DNA from: Archaeoglobus sp. JdFR-37
Lineage (GTDB): Archaea > Halobacteriota > Archaeoglobi > Archaeoglobales > Archaeoglobaceae
Assembly: GCA_002010215.1 (NCBI GenBank)
Contig: MTMY01000018.1
Coordinates: 1-47,133, forward strand
DNA length: 47,133 bases
Direction: 5' to 3'
In this document: positions 1-9,327 of the stretch, piece after piece
How the letters are laid out: each line of letters starts with the position of its first letter
How positions within the stretch are numbered: the first letter of the stretch is position 1
Notes under the pieces: model-generated
Told to the model about the DNA's origin: nothing
The model's input: the letters and a program-made list of their open reading frames with translations, nothing else
The model's database searches: none
Program-made: the position numbers and the translations under genes

Positions 1-86
1 CTCCAGTACTCCGGCGGGAAGTCCTTAGCTATATCCTTAGCCGCATCCGCAATCATCCTCTGCTCATCCGTCAGCCTGAAATCCAT
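1..86 (-). CDS. Acyl-CoA dehydrogenase, N-terminal part (runs off the window edge)
   Basis: Manual translation gives MDFRLTDEQRMIADAAKDIAKDFPPEYW, a typical ACAD N-terminus (MDF.LT.EQ). RBS GGAGGTG lies upstream. Sits downstream of the thiolase/DUF35 genes. Confidence 0.8.
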   Translation of the reverse strand, partial: MDFRLTDEQRMIADAAKDIAKDFPPEYW

Positions 87-163
87 TTTTTACACCTCCT
101 ATTCGGTTTTAAAACTCAATGTCATAATCCACAATTAGCTATGATAATAATTTTTTAAAAAAA

Positions 164-634
164 TTAAACAGGTTTGAAGTAGAGTATGTCGGTTATCCTG
201 CCCTCCCTCTCTTCTTTGGACTTCAGAACGGGTTTTACTTTCATGCCCACACGTATGTCTTCAGCATCCATTTCTCCTAGCAGGTGGATTATACAACCAT
301 CCGTGCCATCCATGTCGATTATTGCGTAGATCTCGGGATTCTTAAGGGACTCTTCGTTGTTATCGAGGGTTGCCACGGCAAAGGCTCTTACACAGCCTTC
401 TCCGCTAATTTCAACGAATTCAGTTTCGCTGAAATCGTATTCGCAGTAAATGCGTGGTGGGAAGTATGTTTTGCCGCAGCATGTACATTTAGCTGCCAAA
501 AACTTCCCTTCGTCCTTCAGAGCTTTGAAGAACCTGTCTCCAGCTTCTCCGCTGGTGTAAATCCAGTAGAGTTCTATTTTGCCTTCAATATGCTTGAGTT
601 CTCCAGCATCAACAATTTTCTCGTTGAATACCAT
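164..634 (-). CDS. DUF35-family Zn-ribbon/OB-fold protein (thiolase partner)
   Basis: KCTCCGKTYFPPRIYC Zn ribbon and OB-fold ending GMKVKPV...GRITDI. Start placed at ATG 634 from GGTGA RBS spacing. Confidence 0.9.
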   Translation of the reverse strand: MVFNEKIVDAGELKHIEGKIELYWIYTSGEAGDRFFKALKDEGKFLAAKCTCCGKTYFPPRIYCEYDFSETEFVEISGEGCVRAFAVATLDNNEESLKNPEIYAIIDMDGTDGCIIHLLGEMDAEDIRVGMKVKPVLKSKEEREGRITDILYFKPV

Positions 635-639
635 CTTCA

Positions 640-1170
640 TCACCCCTCCAAGGGCTTCCAGTACTTAATGTCTGTAACGCTCCCTTCTCTTTCGCTTTCA
701 GACTTCCAGACTGCCTTTACCTTCATTCCTATGTAAACATCATCGGGGTCAACCTCGCCTAGGATATGCATGAATCCCATTTTCGGTGAGGCTCCATCCA
801 CTGAGATCACTGCTACTATGACTGGCTCTTCCAGTGGTTTAGCGTCTGGATCGATGTATGAGACAGAGAAAGTCTCAACGACACCTGTATCCTTCACCTC
901 GCACCACTCATCCACCGGCCTGAAGCAGAGCTCACAGAACATGCGTGGTGGGAACATTATCCTGCCGCAGTGATCGCATTTTGTAGCGAGAAGCTTCCCT
1001 TCCTTCAGACCCTTAAGGAATCTGCTGATAGCCTGCCCGGCTGTGAAGGAGTATCTTATGTCGGGATGATGCTCCCAGTAGGTAACCTTACCCTCTTTTA
1101 TGTCTTCAGCCTTAATTTCCCTCCCTTTTACATAAGGGGGGCAGCTAATATCTTTCTTCCCAACAGCCAT
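640..1170 (-). CDS. DUF35-family Zn-ribbon/OB-fold protein (thiolase partner)
   Basis: KCDHCGRIMFPPRMFCELC and GMKVKAVW...GSVTDI. RBS GAGGTGA precedes ATG 1170. Confidence 0.9.
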   Translation of the reverse strand: MAVGKKDISCPPYVKGREIKAEDIKEGKVTYWEHHPDIRYSFTAGQAISRFLKGLKEGKLLATKCDHCGRIMFPPRMFCELCFRPVDEWCEVKDTGVVETFSVSYIDPDAKPLEEPVIVAVISVDGASPKMGFMHILGEVDPDDVYIGMKVKAVWKSESEREGSVTDIKYWKPLEG

Positions 1171-1175
1171 CTTAA

Positions 1176-2378
1176 TCACCTCTTGTTGGAGAGCACAACG
1201 ACAGTGCCAACCTGCATCAGATCACCCCATGCCTGAGCAACGCCTCTCGTAACTTCTTTGGCCACCTGTCTCTTGCCAGCCCTGTAGGCGAGCTGCCAGT
1301 AGAGTTCTGCAACCTTCACGCCCATTGTGGCTGCTATTGGATTGCCGACTCCAAGCAACCCACCGCTCGGGCAGGTTGGTAGATCACCATCCCTTGCTGT
1401 AACGCCCTCTCTGGTGAGAATCGGAGCCTCACCTTTCCTTGCCAGACCAAGTCCCTCCATGTGGTGCAATTCCTTGTAATCAAAGGGGTCGTATGGCTCT
1501 GCAACATCAATCTCCTTCCTCGGCTCGGTTATATGAGCCATCTTGTAAGCCATTCTTGCAGCTTCAGCCACGTAGCGTGGGAAGTAGAGATCTCTGTTGG
1601 TCCACCAAGTTGTGTCCAGAGCCCATCCAACGCCAGCTACCCACACGGGATCATCTGTTAGCTGCCTGGCGATGTGAGGAGCAACCATTATTAAGGCTGA
1701 AGCACCATCGCTTGGCGGCGAAACATCCAGCCTTCTGACAGGCAGAGCCATGGGCTCGCTGTTAAGGACGTCCTCAACAGTTATGCGTTCTGCAAGCTGA
1801 GCAGCTGGATGGTCGAGAGCATTCGCTTTGTTTTTGACTGAGACAAGGGCTATATCCTCATGCTTGATGTTGTTCACATGCATGTAGCGGCGCATCTCCA
1901 GAGCAAAAATCCATATCAGGTTTGGCTGAAGCGGGCGGTCAAGAATGGGGTCCCAGATGTACTTAAAAGCTGATTGCGGATGCGGGTGGCAGGAAGACAT
2001 CTTCTCCTCGCAAACTACGAGGCAGACATCAGCCAGACCACTTGCAACATGCCAGTATCCTGCAATTGGTGCGAAAACGCCAGTACCACCTCCAACGAAG
2101 ACTCTCATGTACGGTCTGTCGCTCCCACCAGAACCATCAAGCAGATATTCGCCCTTCATGTGTAGGCCATCGAAAGCGTCAGGAGCGGAACCCATCACAA
2201 CCATTTCAATGTCTTCAATTCCCAAACCCGCCTCTTCCAGAGCCTGTTTAACGGCATAATAGCTCAGTTCTTTTCCAGTCTCATTCAATCTCCTCTTGAA
2301 AGTGGTAATGCCAGCACCAACAATCGCCACATCCTGCTTCTTGTGGAAATTCAGACCCTTAATCCTTTCAATCTCCAT
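1176..2378 (-). CDS. SCP2-type thiolase-fold protein lacking the catalytic Cys
   Basis: VAIVGAG, SPPSDGASA and PSGGLLGVGNP are thiolase signatures. The Cys site reads FVGGGTG and the HDCF-equivalent reads YDPF. Confidence 0.9.
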   Translation of the reverse strand: MEIERIKGLNFHKKQDVAIVGAGITTFKRRLNETGKELSYYAVKQALEEAGLGIEDIEMVVMGSAPDAFDGLHMKGEYLLDGSGGSDRPYMRVFVGGGTGVFAPIAGYWHVASGLADVCLVVCEEKMSSCHPHPQSAFKYIWDPILDRPLQPNLIWIFALEMRRYMHVNNIKHEDIALVSVKNKANALDHPAAQLAERITVEDVLNSEPMALPVRRLDVSPPSDGASALIMVAPHIARQLTDDPVWVAGVGWALDTTWWTNRDLYFPRYVAEAARMAYKMAHITEPRKEIDVAEPYDPFDYKELHHMEGLGLARKGEAPILTREGVTARDGDLPTCPSGGLLGVGNPIAATMGVKVAELYWQLAYRAGKRQVAKEVTRGVAQAWGDLMQVGTVVVLSNKR

Positions 2379-2400
2379 AAGCATCACCTCTTCACCTGTT

Positions 2401-3546
2401 TTACCTGCTGAAAACAGCCACAGCTCCGCTTGCCGTCGGTATGTACCTCCATGCCTGAGCTACGCCCACTTCTGCATCAACCTGTCTCCTGCCAGCCTCT
2501 CCGCGAAGCTGAAGGACAACTTCCAGAGCTTTCTGTCCACCTGTTGCTTCTAGCAGGTTACCAACGCTCAGACTGCCTCCAGAGACATTCACTGGCAGAT
2601 CTCCACCTCTTCCGAAGTATCCGCCCTCCACAAGCTCTGGAATTTCATTGCTCTTTGCAAGCTTCAAGGCTTCGATGTGCTGAACTTCTTTGAAAGCAAA
2701 TCTGTCGTCAACTTCGGCAACATCAATCTGCCTCGCCGGATTCGTTATGCCAGCCATCTTGTATGCCATCTCCGCACTCTTTCTCGCATAAGCGGCGGTA
2801 AAGCTCATTGTGTCGTAGTTACTGGTCTCACTCCACCAACCAACTCCACTTACCCATATGGGCGTGTCCGTGAGTTCTCTGGCAATCTCTTCCCTTGCAA
2901 GAACGAATACAATCGCACCATCGGCCCTCTGGGCAATTTCAAGCTTTCTAATCGGGTAAAATACTGCTTCGCTTCTGAGTACATCGTCAGCAGTTACCTT
3001 TCCAGCATAGGGGGCATCGCTGTTCAGCCTGCCGTTGGCTTTGTTCTTCTCCACAACTTTCGCAAAGACATCATCGCTGTATCCTCTTGCCGTCATGTAG
3101 GCTGACTTCTCAAGGGCAGCGAAGTAATAGGGATGCGCCTTTCCGATGGGGCGAAGCCATATAGGGTCGAAGGCAAATTTTATCACTTCGCCAAATGTCA
3201 GGATATCACTGGCTTTACTGTGGGCTTCCACCACTGCTATGTCTGCAAGGCCACTTTTGATGATCATCACAGCATTTGCGATGCCGTAAAGGAAATCCGC
3301 ATCAACGGTGAAAGTGGGCTTCAGCACAGCTCCAAGCTGGTCGGGCACGAATTCGTCGAAGATGGCAAAGCCCTCCCAGAAGTCTTCAGCGCATGTGACA
3401 AAGGCATCAACGTCTTTTCTCGGATCAACCCCTGCATCCTCGTAAGCTCTGACAGCAGCTTCGTACATCAGCTCTTTCCAGCTGAGGTCTGGTGTATTGG
3501 AGTTAAAACCTGAATAACCGGCTCCTACAACAGCCACTCTGGTCAT
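2401..3546 (-). CDS. SCP2-type thiolase-fold protein lacking the catalytic Cys
   Basis: RVAVVGAG, ADGAIVFVL, NVSGGSLSVGN and QLRGEAGRRQV. The Cys site reads VDADFLYG and the HDCF-equivalent reads DDRF. Confidence 0.9.
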   Translation of the reverse strand: MTRVAVVGAGYSGFNSNTPDLSWKELMYEAAVRAYEDAGVDPRKDVDAFVTCAEDFWEGFAIFDEFVPDQLGAVLKPTFTVDADFLYGIANAVMIIKSGLADIAVVEAHSKASDILTFGEVIKFAFDPIWLRPIGKAHPYYFAALEKSAYMTARGYSDDVFAKVVEKNKANGRLNSDAPYAGKVTADDVLRSEAVFYPIRKLEIAQRADGAIVFVLAREEIARELTDTPIWVSGVGWWSETSNYDTMSFTAAYARKSAEMAYKMAGITNPARQIDVAEVDDRFAFKEVQHIEALKLAKSNEIPELVEGGYFGRGGDLPVNVSGGSLSVGNLLEATGGQKALEVVLQLRGEAGRRQVDAEVGVAQAWRYIPTASGAVAVFSR

Positions 3547-3697
3547 CAAAACCACCTCTTTTGAGCCTCGTAGGCCAGTAACTATTTAAAATTTTCTTTT
3601 TAAATCATTATCAAAAGGTTTATCTTATTCAATGATTATTAAAAATCATGAAAAATAATGATATTGGTTATGGTTATTAGACCTTTATAAACTGTTG

Positions 3698-4504
3698 TTA
3701 AACTTCAACCCTGAACTTCTTTCCCTTGCTTATGATGAGGCCATAGGGATCGATTTCCTCCCTCAGTAGCTTAAGCTCCTCCGCAGTTGGAGGGTCAAGC
3801 TCGATAACTTCATCGGCAATCAGCGGTTTGAATGTCATTTCTGAAACCACATCTTCCACTTTCAACCCTCTCAGCACGCCAATCAGGCGCATCTGCTTGG
3901 CCTCCTCATCGAAGTCAAACATCCCCATAGAGGTTATTACCCTGTAAGGCCCTGTCCCTCTGGGCAAGCCAAGTTCTTCCCTGCTCTTCCCGTCAATCAC
4001 GTGGCCGGGAGAGGTTATGAAGTCGCATCTCTCAACGAATCTTCGCTTCTCATGGGACATGACAATTATGGTCTTCCAGCAGTAACTCGCCACTTCATTT
4101 CCGCCTCCGCTGCCGGGAAATCTCTTCTTTGGCCTCTCGTAGTCGTCACCAATCATTGTGGAGTTTATGTTGCCATAGCGGTCTATCTGAGCTGCTCCAA
4201 GTACACCGTAGTCAATGTAGCCTGAAGCAGCGTAGCTAAAAGCAAGATTCATGCTGCACCACTGGAGGCTTCGGTAGGTGTTTTGCGGTCCGCCCATGGT
4301 GCCTCGCAGGAAAGGAGTTCTGCTCTGAGGCCCTATGGCTCCAAACTCGAAAACCTGAGTTATATTAGGTGAGTAAAGCTTCTCGGCCAGTATGGCAACT
4401 ACCTGCGGGATGCCCCAGCCAACGAATATGGTTTTGTTATCCTCAAGGAGCCTAGCAGCATTACAAATCATGAATTCGGTATCTGTGAATTCAACAACGG
4501 CCAT
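3698..4504 (-). CDS. Family I CoA-transferase beta subunit (glutaconate CoA-transferase GctB-like)
   Basis: LGAAQIDRYGNINST and PGSGGGNEVAS motifs. Putative catalytic Glu retained in VFEFG. Confidence 0.9.
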   Translation of the reverse strand: MAVVEFTDTEFMICNAARLLEDNKTIFVGWGIPQVVAILAEKLYSPNITQVFEFGAIGPQSRTPFLRGTMGGPQNTYRSLQWCSMNLAFSYAASGYIDYGVLGAAQIDRYGNINSTMIGDDYERPKKRFPGSGGGNEVASYCWKTIIVMSHEKRRFVERCDFITSPGHVIDGKSREELGLPRGTGPYRVITSMGMFDFDEEAKQMRLIGVLRGLKVEDVVSEMTFKPLIADEVIELDPPTAEELKLLREEIDPYGLIISKGKKFRVEV

Positions 4505-4522
4505 TTTCACCACCCCTACAGT

Positions 4523-5500
4523 TTACCTGAACCCCTCAAGTATTTCCGCTTTCCTGACAAGCTCCTTCAGCCTAGCCATGCCAACTTTCTTTTCCAGAAA
4601 CTCCTCGTGGCTGTCTACATCATAAATGTACTCCTCCAGATACTTCTGCATGTCTTCCTCAGTTGCAATGGAGGAGAGCTTCAAGTAGTGCTCGGCATCC
4701 ATTTCGTAGTAGCCCTGAGTCCCTCCAGGATATGCTCCGAAGGGTGCGTGAACGACAGCATCAACAAGATAATACGGGATTAAGGTCATGTTGGGATCTT
4801 TTCTGAATTCTATTGTCTCCACTATCCTCTCAGCGGAGATTATGACCTTCTTGGACGCCATGGCTGTTTCTAGCGTTGCTACTGTAGGACCATAAACTCT
4901 GGCATTACCGTAAACGTCAGCTTCCTGGACATGGATTACAGCAACATCCGGATTCAGAGCAGGGAGTAAGGCAACAGGAATGCCACTGAAGGGATCTTTT
5001 GCAACTATCGCTCCGGAATGCTTTATGGTGTCAGTCCCCAGCAAGTCTCTTGCGGGGATGAATGGAATTCCCATGGCTCCCGCTACAAGTCTGTAGGTTA
5101 TGCTGCCGTTACTCCAGTCGTAAACCTTAACCTCGCCTCTCTCCACCTTGCTGGCAATGTAGGGACCAAATCCCAGAAATCCCACGTCAATCTTTTCAAC
5201 ACATCCTGCTCCAGCCAGCAAAACACTCTCGAGCAGGGTGAACTTTGCACAGATCCAGAGCCTCTTTTTTCTTTGCCTTATAATCTCTCTGATCAGGCTT
5301 TGCGGGCCTCTTGTGAGACTCGAGAAATCATAGGCCAGATAATCACCATCGTCAACAAACTTCTTCACAGCTTCCCTCTCTTCCATCAGCTTGTCTTCCC
5401 AATCTCTCTTCTTCTTATCTCTCACATACTCTCTGAAATCGTCTGGATGGACGAAATGAAACTCTGCTTTGCCTTTATCGAGAATTTCGATAACGTCCAT
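4523..5500 (-). CDS. Family I CoA-transferase alpha subunit (GctA-like)
   Basis: AGAMGIPFIP, PALNPDVAVIHVQEADVYGN and VDAVVHAPFGAYP motifs. Confidence 0.9.
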   Translation of the reverse strand: MDVIEILDKGKAEFHFVHPDDFREYVRDKKKRDWEDKLMEEREAVKKFVDDGDYLAYDFSSLTRGPQSLIREIIRQRKKRLWICAKFTLLESVLLAGAGCVEKIDVGFLGFGPYIASKVERGEVKVYDWSNGSITYRLVAGAMGIPFIPARDLLGTDTIKHSGAIVAKDPFSGIPVALLPALNPDVAVIHVQEADVYGNARVYGPTVATLETAMASKKVIISAERIVETIEFRKDPNMTLIPYYLVDAVVHAPFGAYPGGTQGYYEMDAEHYLKLSSIATEEDMQKYLEEYIYDVDSHEEFLEKKVGMARLKELVRKAEILEGFR

Positions 5501-5646
5501 TTTTAATCACCAAAAAGATGTAACTGGGTGAAGTTATTAAGTGTTGCTAAAATTTTCTTGACCTAGGGGAATATTTCATCATGAGCCTTACCGGTCCTTG
5601 TTCACGTGTTTATCTCTCTACTGATTTGCTGAATTTAATCGAGACT

Positions 5647-5668
5647 TTTAAATACACTTAAATACACT
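5647..5668 (+). promoter_or_regulatory. vapBC promoter: TATA box overlapped by a tandem 10-bp repeat (TAAATACACT x2)
   Basis: TTTAAATA at 5647-5654. TAAATACACT at 5649-5658 and 5659-5668. ATG at 5676 with no RBS, consistent with a leaderless transcript. Confidence 0.6.
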
Positions 5669-5675
5669 AAACTTT

Positions 5676-5897
5676 ATGGCACACAAAACCTTAACGATAT
5701 CTGAGGAGGCATACAACTCTCTTAAGAGGTTAAAGAGAAAAGGAGAGTCGTTTAGCGACGTCATCTTGAGAATAACAAGGAGTGCAGACCTTTTGGAATA
5801 TGTGGAATCTACAGATTTCTCAGAAGAACTGGCTGATAAAATTGAGGAAGTATATAGGGCGAGAGAACTAGTAAAAGGTAGAAGGGTAGAATTCTAA
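5676..5897 (+). CDS. vapB: VapB-family antitoxin (DUF217-like)
   Basis: KTLTISEEAYNSLKRLKRKGESFSDVILR signature. Lies directly upstream of a PIN toxin. Confidence 0.9.
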   Translation: MAHKTLTISEEAYNSLKRLKRKGESFSDVILRITRSADLLEYVESTDFSEELADKIEEVYRARELVKGRRVEF

Positions 5898-5934
5898 CTC
5901 TTAGGTTAAACTGTGTTATCCGAAAGGTGATTGA

Positions 5935-6330
5935 ATGGTCTGTCTGGAGACTGACTTTCTTGTGGGAGTTATACGGAAAGATCAAAGAGCCATTGCGAAG
6001 TTGAGAAAACTTGTTGAAAGGGGAGAAAGGCTTACAACCACGCCCATAAACGCTGCCGAGCTGTTTAAAGGCGCTTATATATCCAAACATATAGATGAAA
6101 ACTTAAAGAAAGTTAGAGGACTTCTAAGCAGGCTGGATTTACTTGAGTTCAACATAACAGCCTCTGACATATATGGCCAGATCACATCTGAACTTGAAAG
6201 AAAGGGTGAGCTGGTGGGCGAAATGGATGCGTTAATCGCCAGCATAGCGTTGGCACACAATGAAAGGATTGTGACCAAGAATGTCAAACACTTTGGCCGG
6301 ATAAAGGGTCTGGAGATCGAGGAGTGGTAA
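5935..6330 (+). CDS. vapC: VapC PIN-domain ribonuclease toxin
   Basis: CLETDFL, INAAEL, DALIASIA and VTKNVKHFGRI PIN motifs. RBS AAGGTGA. Confidence 0.92.
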   Translation: MVCLETDFLVGVIRKDQRAIAKLRKLVERGERLTTTPINAAELFKGAYISKHIDENLKKVRGLLSRLDLLEFNITASDIYGQITSELERKGELVGEMDALIASIALAHNERIVTKNVKHFGRIKGLEIEEW

Positions 6331-6494
6331 TCTGTTTGTTTAACTTGTTTTTGCCTTTTTAAATTCTGAATTTCGCTCTTTACTCCTTGGATTATCTCAA
6401 AATCTTATCGGGCCCACCTAAACCAATTCTGTACCCTCTCATCCACCCGTCTCTCAGATTTTCAGAGAGAAAATAGAGAAAATGGGAGAATATT

Positions 6495-7856
6495 TTACCT
6501 CCGCTCTCTGGGCTCAATGTACTCCTTCGGCGCCACCTCAATCGGCTCAAGATATTTCCTCAACACCTTGGGAATTTCAACTCTTCCATCGGGAAGCTGA
6601 TTGTTCTCTATTATGGCTGTTATAGCCCTCGTTGTTGCTATGGCTGTGGAGTTAAGAGTGTGGACGAAACCCTTTGATGGCTTACCTCTCTCTTCGGCAA
6701 ATCGAATATCCAGCCTGTAGCTCTGCCAGTCGGTGCAGTTGCTGCAGGAAACCATCTCCCTGTATCTGCCTTGAGCTGGCATCCATACTTCCAGATCATA
6801 TTTCTTAGCAGCCACTATACCGAGATCGCCAGTGCAAATGTTGACGATTCTGTAAGGCAACCCAAGCCCCTGCCAGAGCATCTCCACATTCTCTATCAGC
6901 CTCTCATGCCAGTCCCAGCTATCCTCGGGCAGGCAAAAGATGAACTGCTCCACTTTGTGGAATTGATGTACTCTGAAAATGCCCTTGGTGTCTTTCCCAT
7001 GTGCTCCGGCTTCCTTTCTGAAGCATGGCGAAACGCCTGCGTAGAGCAGAGGAAGCTCATCCTCAGCCAGCGTTTCGTTCATGTGCATTGCTGCAATTGG
7101 ATGCTCAGAAGTTGCAATCAGGTAGAGATCTTCATCTTCCAGCTTGTAAAGTACCTCTTCAAAGTCGCTGAATGCCGTGACACCTGAATAAGCCTTCGAA
7201 TTCATCATATAGGGTGGGTTGACCATTGTGAATCCTTCTTTGGACAGAAAATCCATGGAATACATCATAAGGGCCAAATCCAGCCATACTAGGTCGTCAA
7301 GCAGGTAGAAGAATCTGCTTCCTGCAACCTTCGCAGCCCTTGCTATGTCTGCCCAGCCGAAATTTTCCACTGCATCTGCATGGCCTGAGGGAAGCCACTC
7401 TATAATCTCATAATCTGCTTTGCCGCTCGTCTGCTGGATGAAGGCATCTACGTGCTCCGTGTACACTCTCGCCTTTCCCCAGAATTTGATGGGGACATTT
7501 TCGCTGTCATCTCTGCCAATGGGAACGCTGTCGTGGATTATGTTTGGTATCGACATCAAAATTGAGTTCAGCTCTTCCTCAATTTTCTTCAACTCCTCTT
7601 CACTTCTCTTAACCTCTTCAGACAGCTTTTTCGCCTGTTCAATCAGTTCCCTTTTTTTGTGGGGTGGGGCGTTCTTGACGTCCCTCGAAAGCTTGTTTCT
7701 CTCATGTCTGAGCTTGTTTAAAGAATGCAACTTTGTTCTCCAGATCTTGTCAAGTTCGATTGCTTTTTCAACTACTTCAACGCTCTCTCCTCTTCTCTCC
7801 TGAGATTTTATCAGGATTTCAGGATTTTCACGAAGGGCTTTGAGTATGCTCCACAT
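6495..7856 (-). CDS. serS: Seryl-tRNA synthetase
   Basis: N-terminal coiled-coil arm, LIATSEHP, FRKEAG...GIFRVHQFHKVEQF, EMVSCSNCTDWQS, HTLNSTA. Confidence 0.98.
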   Translation of the reverse strand: MWSILKALRENPEILIKSQERRGESVEVVEKAIELDKIWRTKLHSLNKLRHERNKLSRDVKNAPPHKKRELIEQAKKLSEEVKRSEEELKKIEEELNSILMSIPNIIHDSVPIGRDDSENVPIKFWGKARVYTEHVDAFIQQTSGKADYEIIEWLPSGHADAVENFGWADIARAAKVAGSRFFYLLDDLVWLDLALMMYSMDFLSKEGFTMVNPPYMMNSKAYSGVTAFSDFEEVLYKLEDEDLYLIATSEHPIAAMHMNETLAEDELPLLYAGVSPCFRKEAGAHGKDTKGIFRVHQFHKVEQFIFCLPEDSWDWHERLIENVEMLWQGLGLPYRIVNICTGDLGIVAAKKYDLEVWMPAQGRYREMVSCSNCTDWQSYRLDIRFAEERGKPSKGFVHTLNSTAIATTRAITAIIENNQLPDGRVEIPKVLRKYLEPIEVAPKEYIEPRERR

Positions 7857-7880
7857 TTTTTCACCTCAGCTAAACCTCAG

Positions 7881-9026
7881 CTAAACGGATTCGCCATAAA
7901 GTGTTACAACATCTCCATTAATTTCCACCATTATTTCCTGCTTAACATACGGCTCAGCAATCTCCCAACTCGATTCTGAAGTTTTATTTCCCAGCTTGTT
8001 CAGCATGAGTGCCATTGCGATGTAGAACTCATTTGCGTCATTAACAGTATCAAAACCAATCTTCCATCTCCACTTAAAGTCATCGCCGCTCCGGTAGATG
8101 GTAAGCCTATCTCCATCCCAGCCTGATGCAGCATTGAAGGCTGCACTGTCAAAAACGTGAGTTGCGAGGAAGATATAAAGGAAGTATTCGCCCATTCTGG
8201 TGTCCTTTACGACTCTCCAGCTTTCTGGATTTGATTCACCAGGGTTATATCCTCCAAAATCCCTAAACGTTTCGCTTCTGAGGTATTTTTCTACATGGAT
8301 TATCTGCTCTGTGGTTGCAGGCGGGGTTGTAAGAACTTCATCCACCTTCTCAAATCCACCATCAAGGTAAAAGCGGGCCAAAAAGGTGCTTCCGTAGTGA
8401 TAAGGGAACAAGAAAAGCGTGGTCAGGCTGTTGTTCTCATTAATTTCCTCATCAACCTCAGTTTTCATCTCGGCACTTAGATTTTTACCGGCGTAAACCC
8501 ATCCTGCAACAACAGCATCTCCCTCAATTATAGCAGCAATGGCCTTATCGCTATCGTAACTCCCATCGGAAGTTAGGTTGAAATACCTTTCCTGCACAAT
8601 GTGTTCGAACTCGTGGGCAAGGGTCTCTTTCGCAGAATCGCTGCCCGGATCAAAGTTCTCCTTTACCACATATATGTCTCCTTCCCACGCAAAGGCCATG
8701 AAAAGGCCCACTTCTTCATCTTTCTGCCTTTCAACGCTGAAATTTGAGGAGGTTAGCATGAGGGCTTTGTAAAATATCTCTTCATCCTTTAAAGCCTCTT
8801 CATCGTAGCTCCGGCCACCCCACTGCTGGATAACCCAGTCTTTTGTGACGATTTTGAGCTGGATATCGGAGATATTGTAACCTCTGATTTTTTCAAACTC
8901 TCTCAGGACATCTTTAAAAACTTGGTTGGCCTGTGCCTCATAGCTATCGGTATAGAAATAAGCGTAAGAAACTGTAAAGATGATTGCGATGAGGGTTAGT
9001 ACCGCAACAACGATCCTTCCTTTCAT
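7881..9026 (-). CDS. Membrane-anchored or exported gluzincin-like metalloprotease (surface protein)
   Basis: N-terminal hydrophobic helix (MKGRIVVAVLTLIAIIF), HEFEH plus downstream IIEGDA, FPYHYG and GWDGD. Start set at ATG 9026. Confidence 0.75.
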   Translation of the reverse strand: MKGRIVVAVLTLIAIIFTVSYAYFYTDSYEAQANQVFKDVLREFEKIRGYNISDIQLKIVTKDWVIQQWGGRSYDEEALKDEEIFYKALMLTSSNFSVERQKDEEVGLFMAFAWEGDIYVVKENFDPGSDSAKETLAHEFEHIVQERYFNLTSDGSYDSDKAIAAIIEGDAVVAGWVYAGKNLSAEMKTEVDEEINENNSLTTLFLFPYHYGSTFLARFYLDGGFEKVDEVLTTPPATTEQIIHVEKYLRSETFRDFGGYNPGESNPESWRVVKDTRMGEYFLYIFLATHVFDSAAFNAASGWDGDRLTIYRSGDDFKWRWKIGFDTVNDANEFYIAMALMLNKLGNKTSESSWEIAEPYVKQEIMVEINGDVVTLYGESV

Positions 9027-9079
9027 TGTCTGCCAACCAACCAAAAGGTTTATTTTAATTTCTCCACACATCCGATTAA

Positions 9080-9310
9080 ATGTCATGTATTTTCTGTGAG
9101 TATTTCTCTAGTTGCGGCGGGATGGCTGAGATCTGCCAACATTTCAAACTTAAAAAATCAAGACCCAATGGGAATTCTATAAAGACTATCGTCAATAGCA
9201 GCATGACTATAAGTGAGGCTGCTAAGGCCATGAACATGACTGTAACAGATTTCTTGCACTATATTGGGCAGCTTGAGAAGGAGGGGAAGTTAAAAATTAA
9301 AATAAAATAA
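9080..9310 (+). CDS. Small protein with a Cys4 N-terminus and a C-terminal HTH-like segment
   Basis: C-x2-C-x5-C-x6-C followed by MTISEAAKAMNMTVTDF. BRE/TATA-like AAAAGGTTTATT about 25 nt upstream. Confidence 0.65.
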   Translation: MSCIFCEYFSSCGGMAEICQHFKLKKSRPNGNSIKTIVNSSMTISEAAKAMNMTVTDFLHYIGQLEKEGKLKIKIK

Positions 9311-9327
9311 ATAATAAACTAACTAGC

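Noticed and set aside
3698..5500. CoA-transferase-fold decarboxylase (AibAB/LiuBC type)
   Set aside because: The beta subunit appears to retain the catalytic Glu (VFEFG), consistent with an ordinary family I CoA-transferase.
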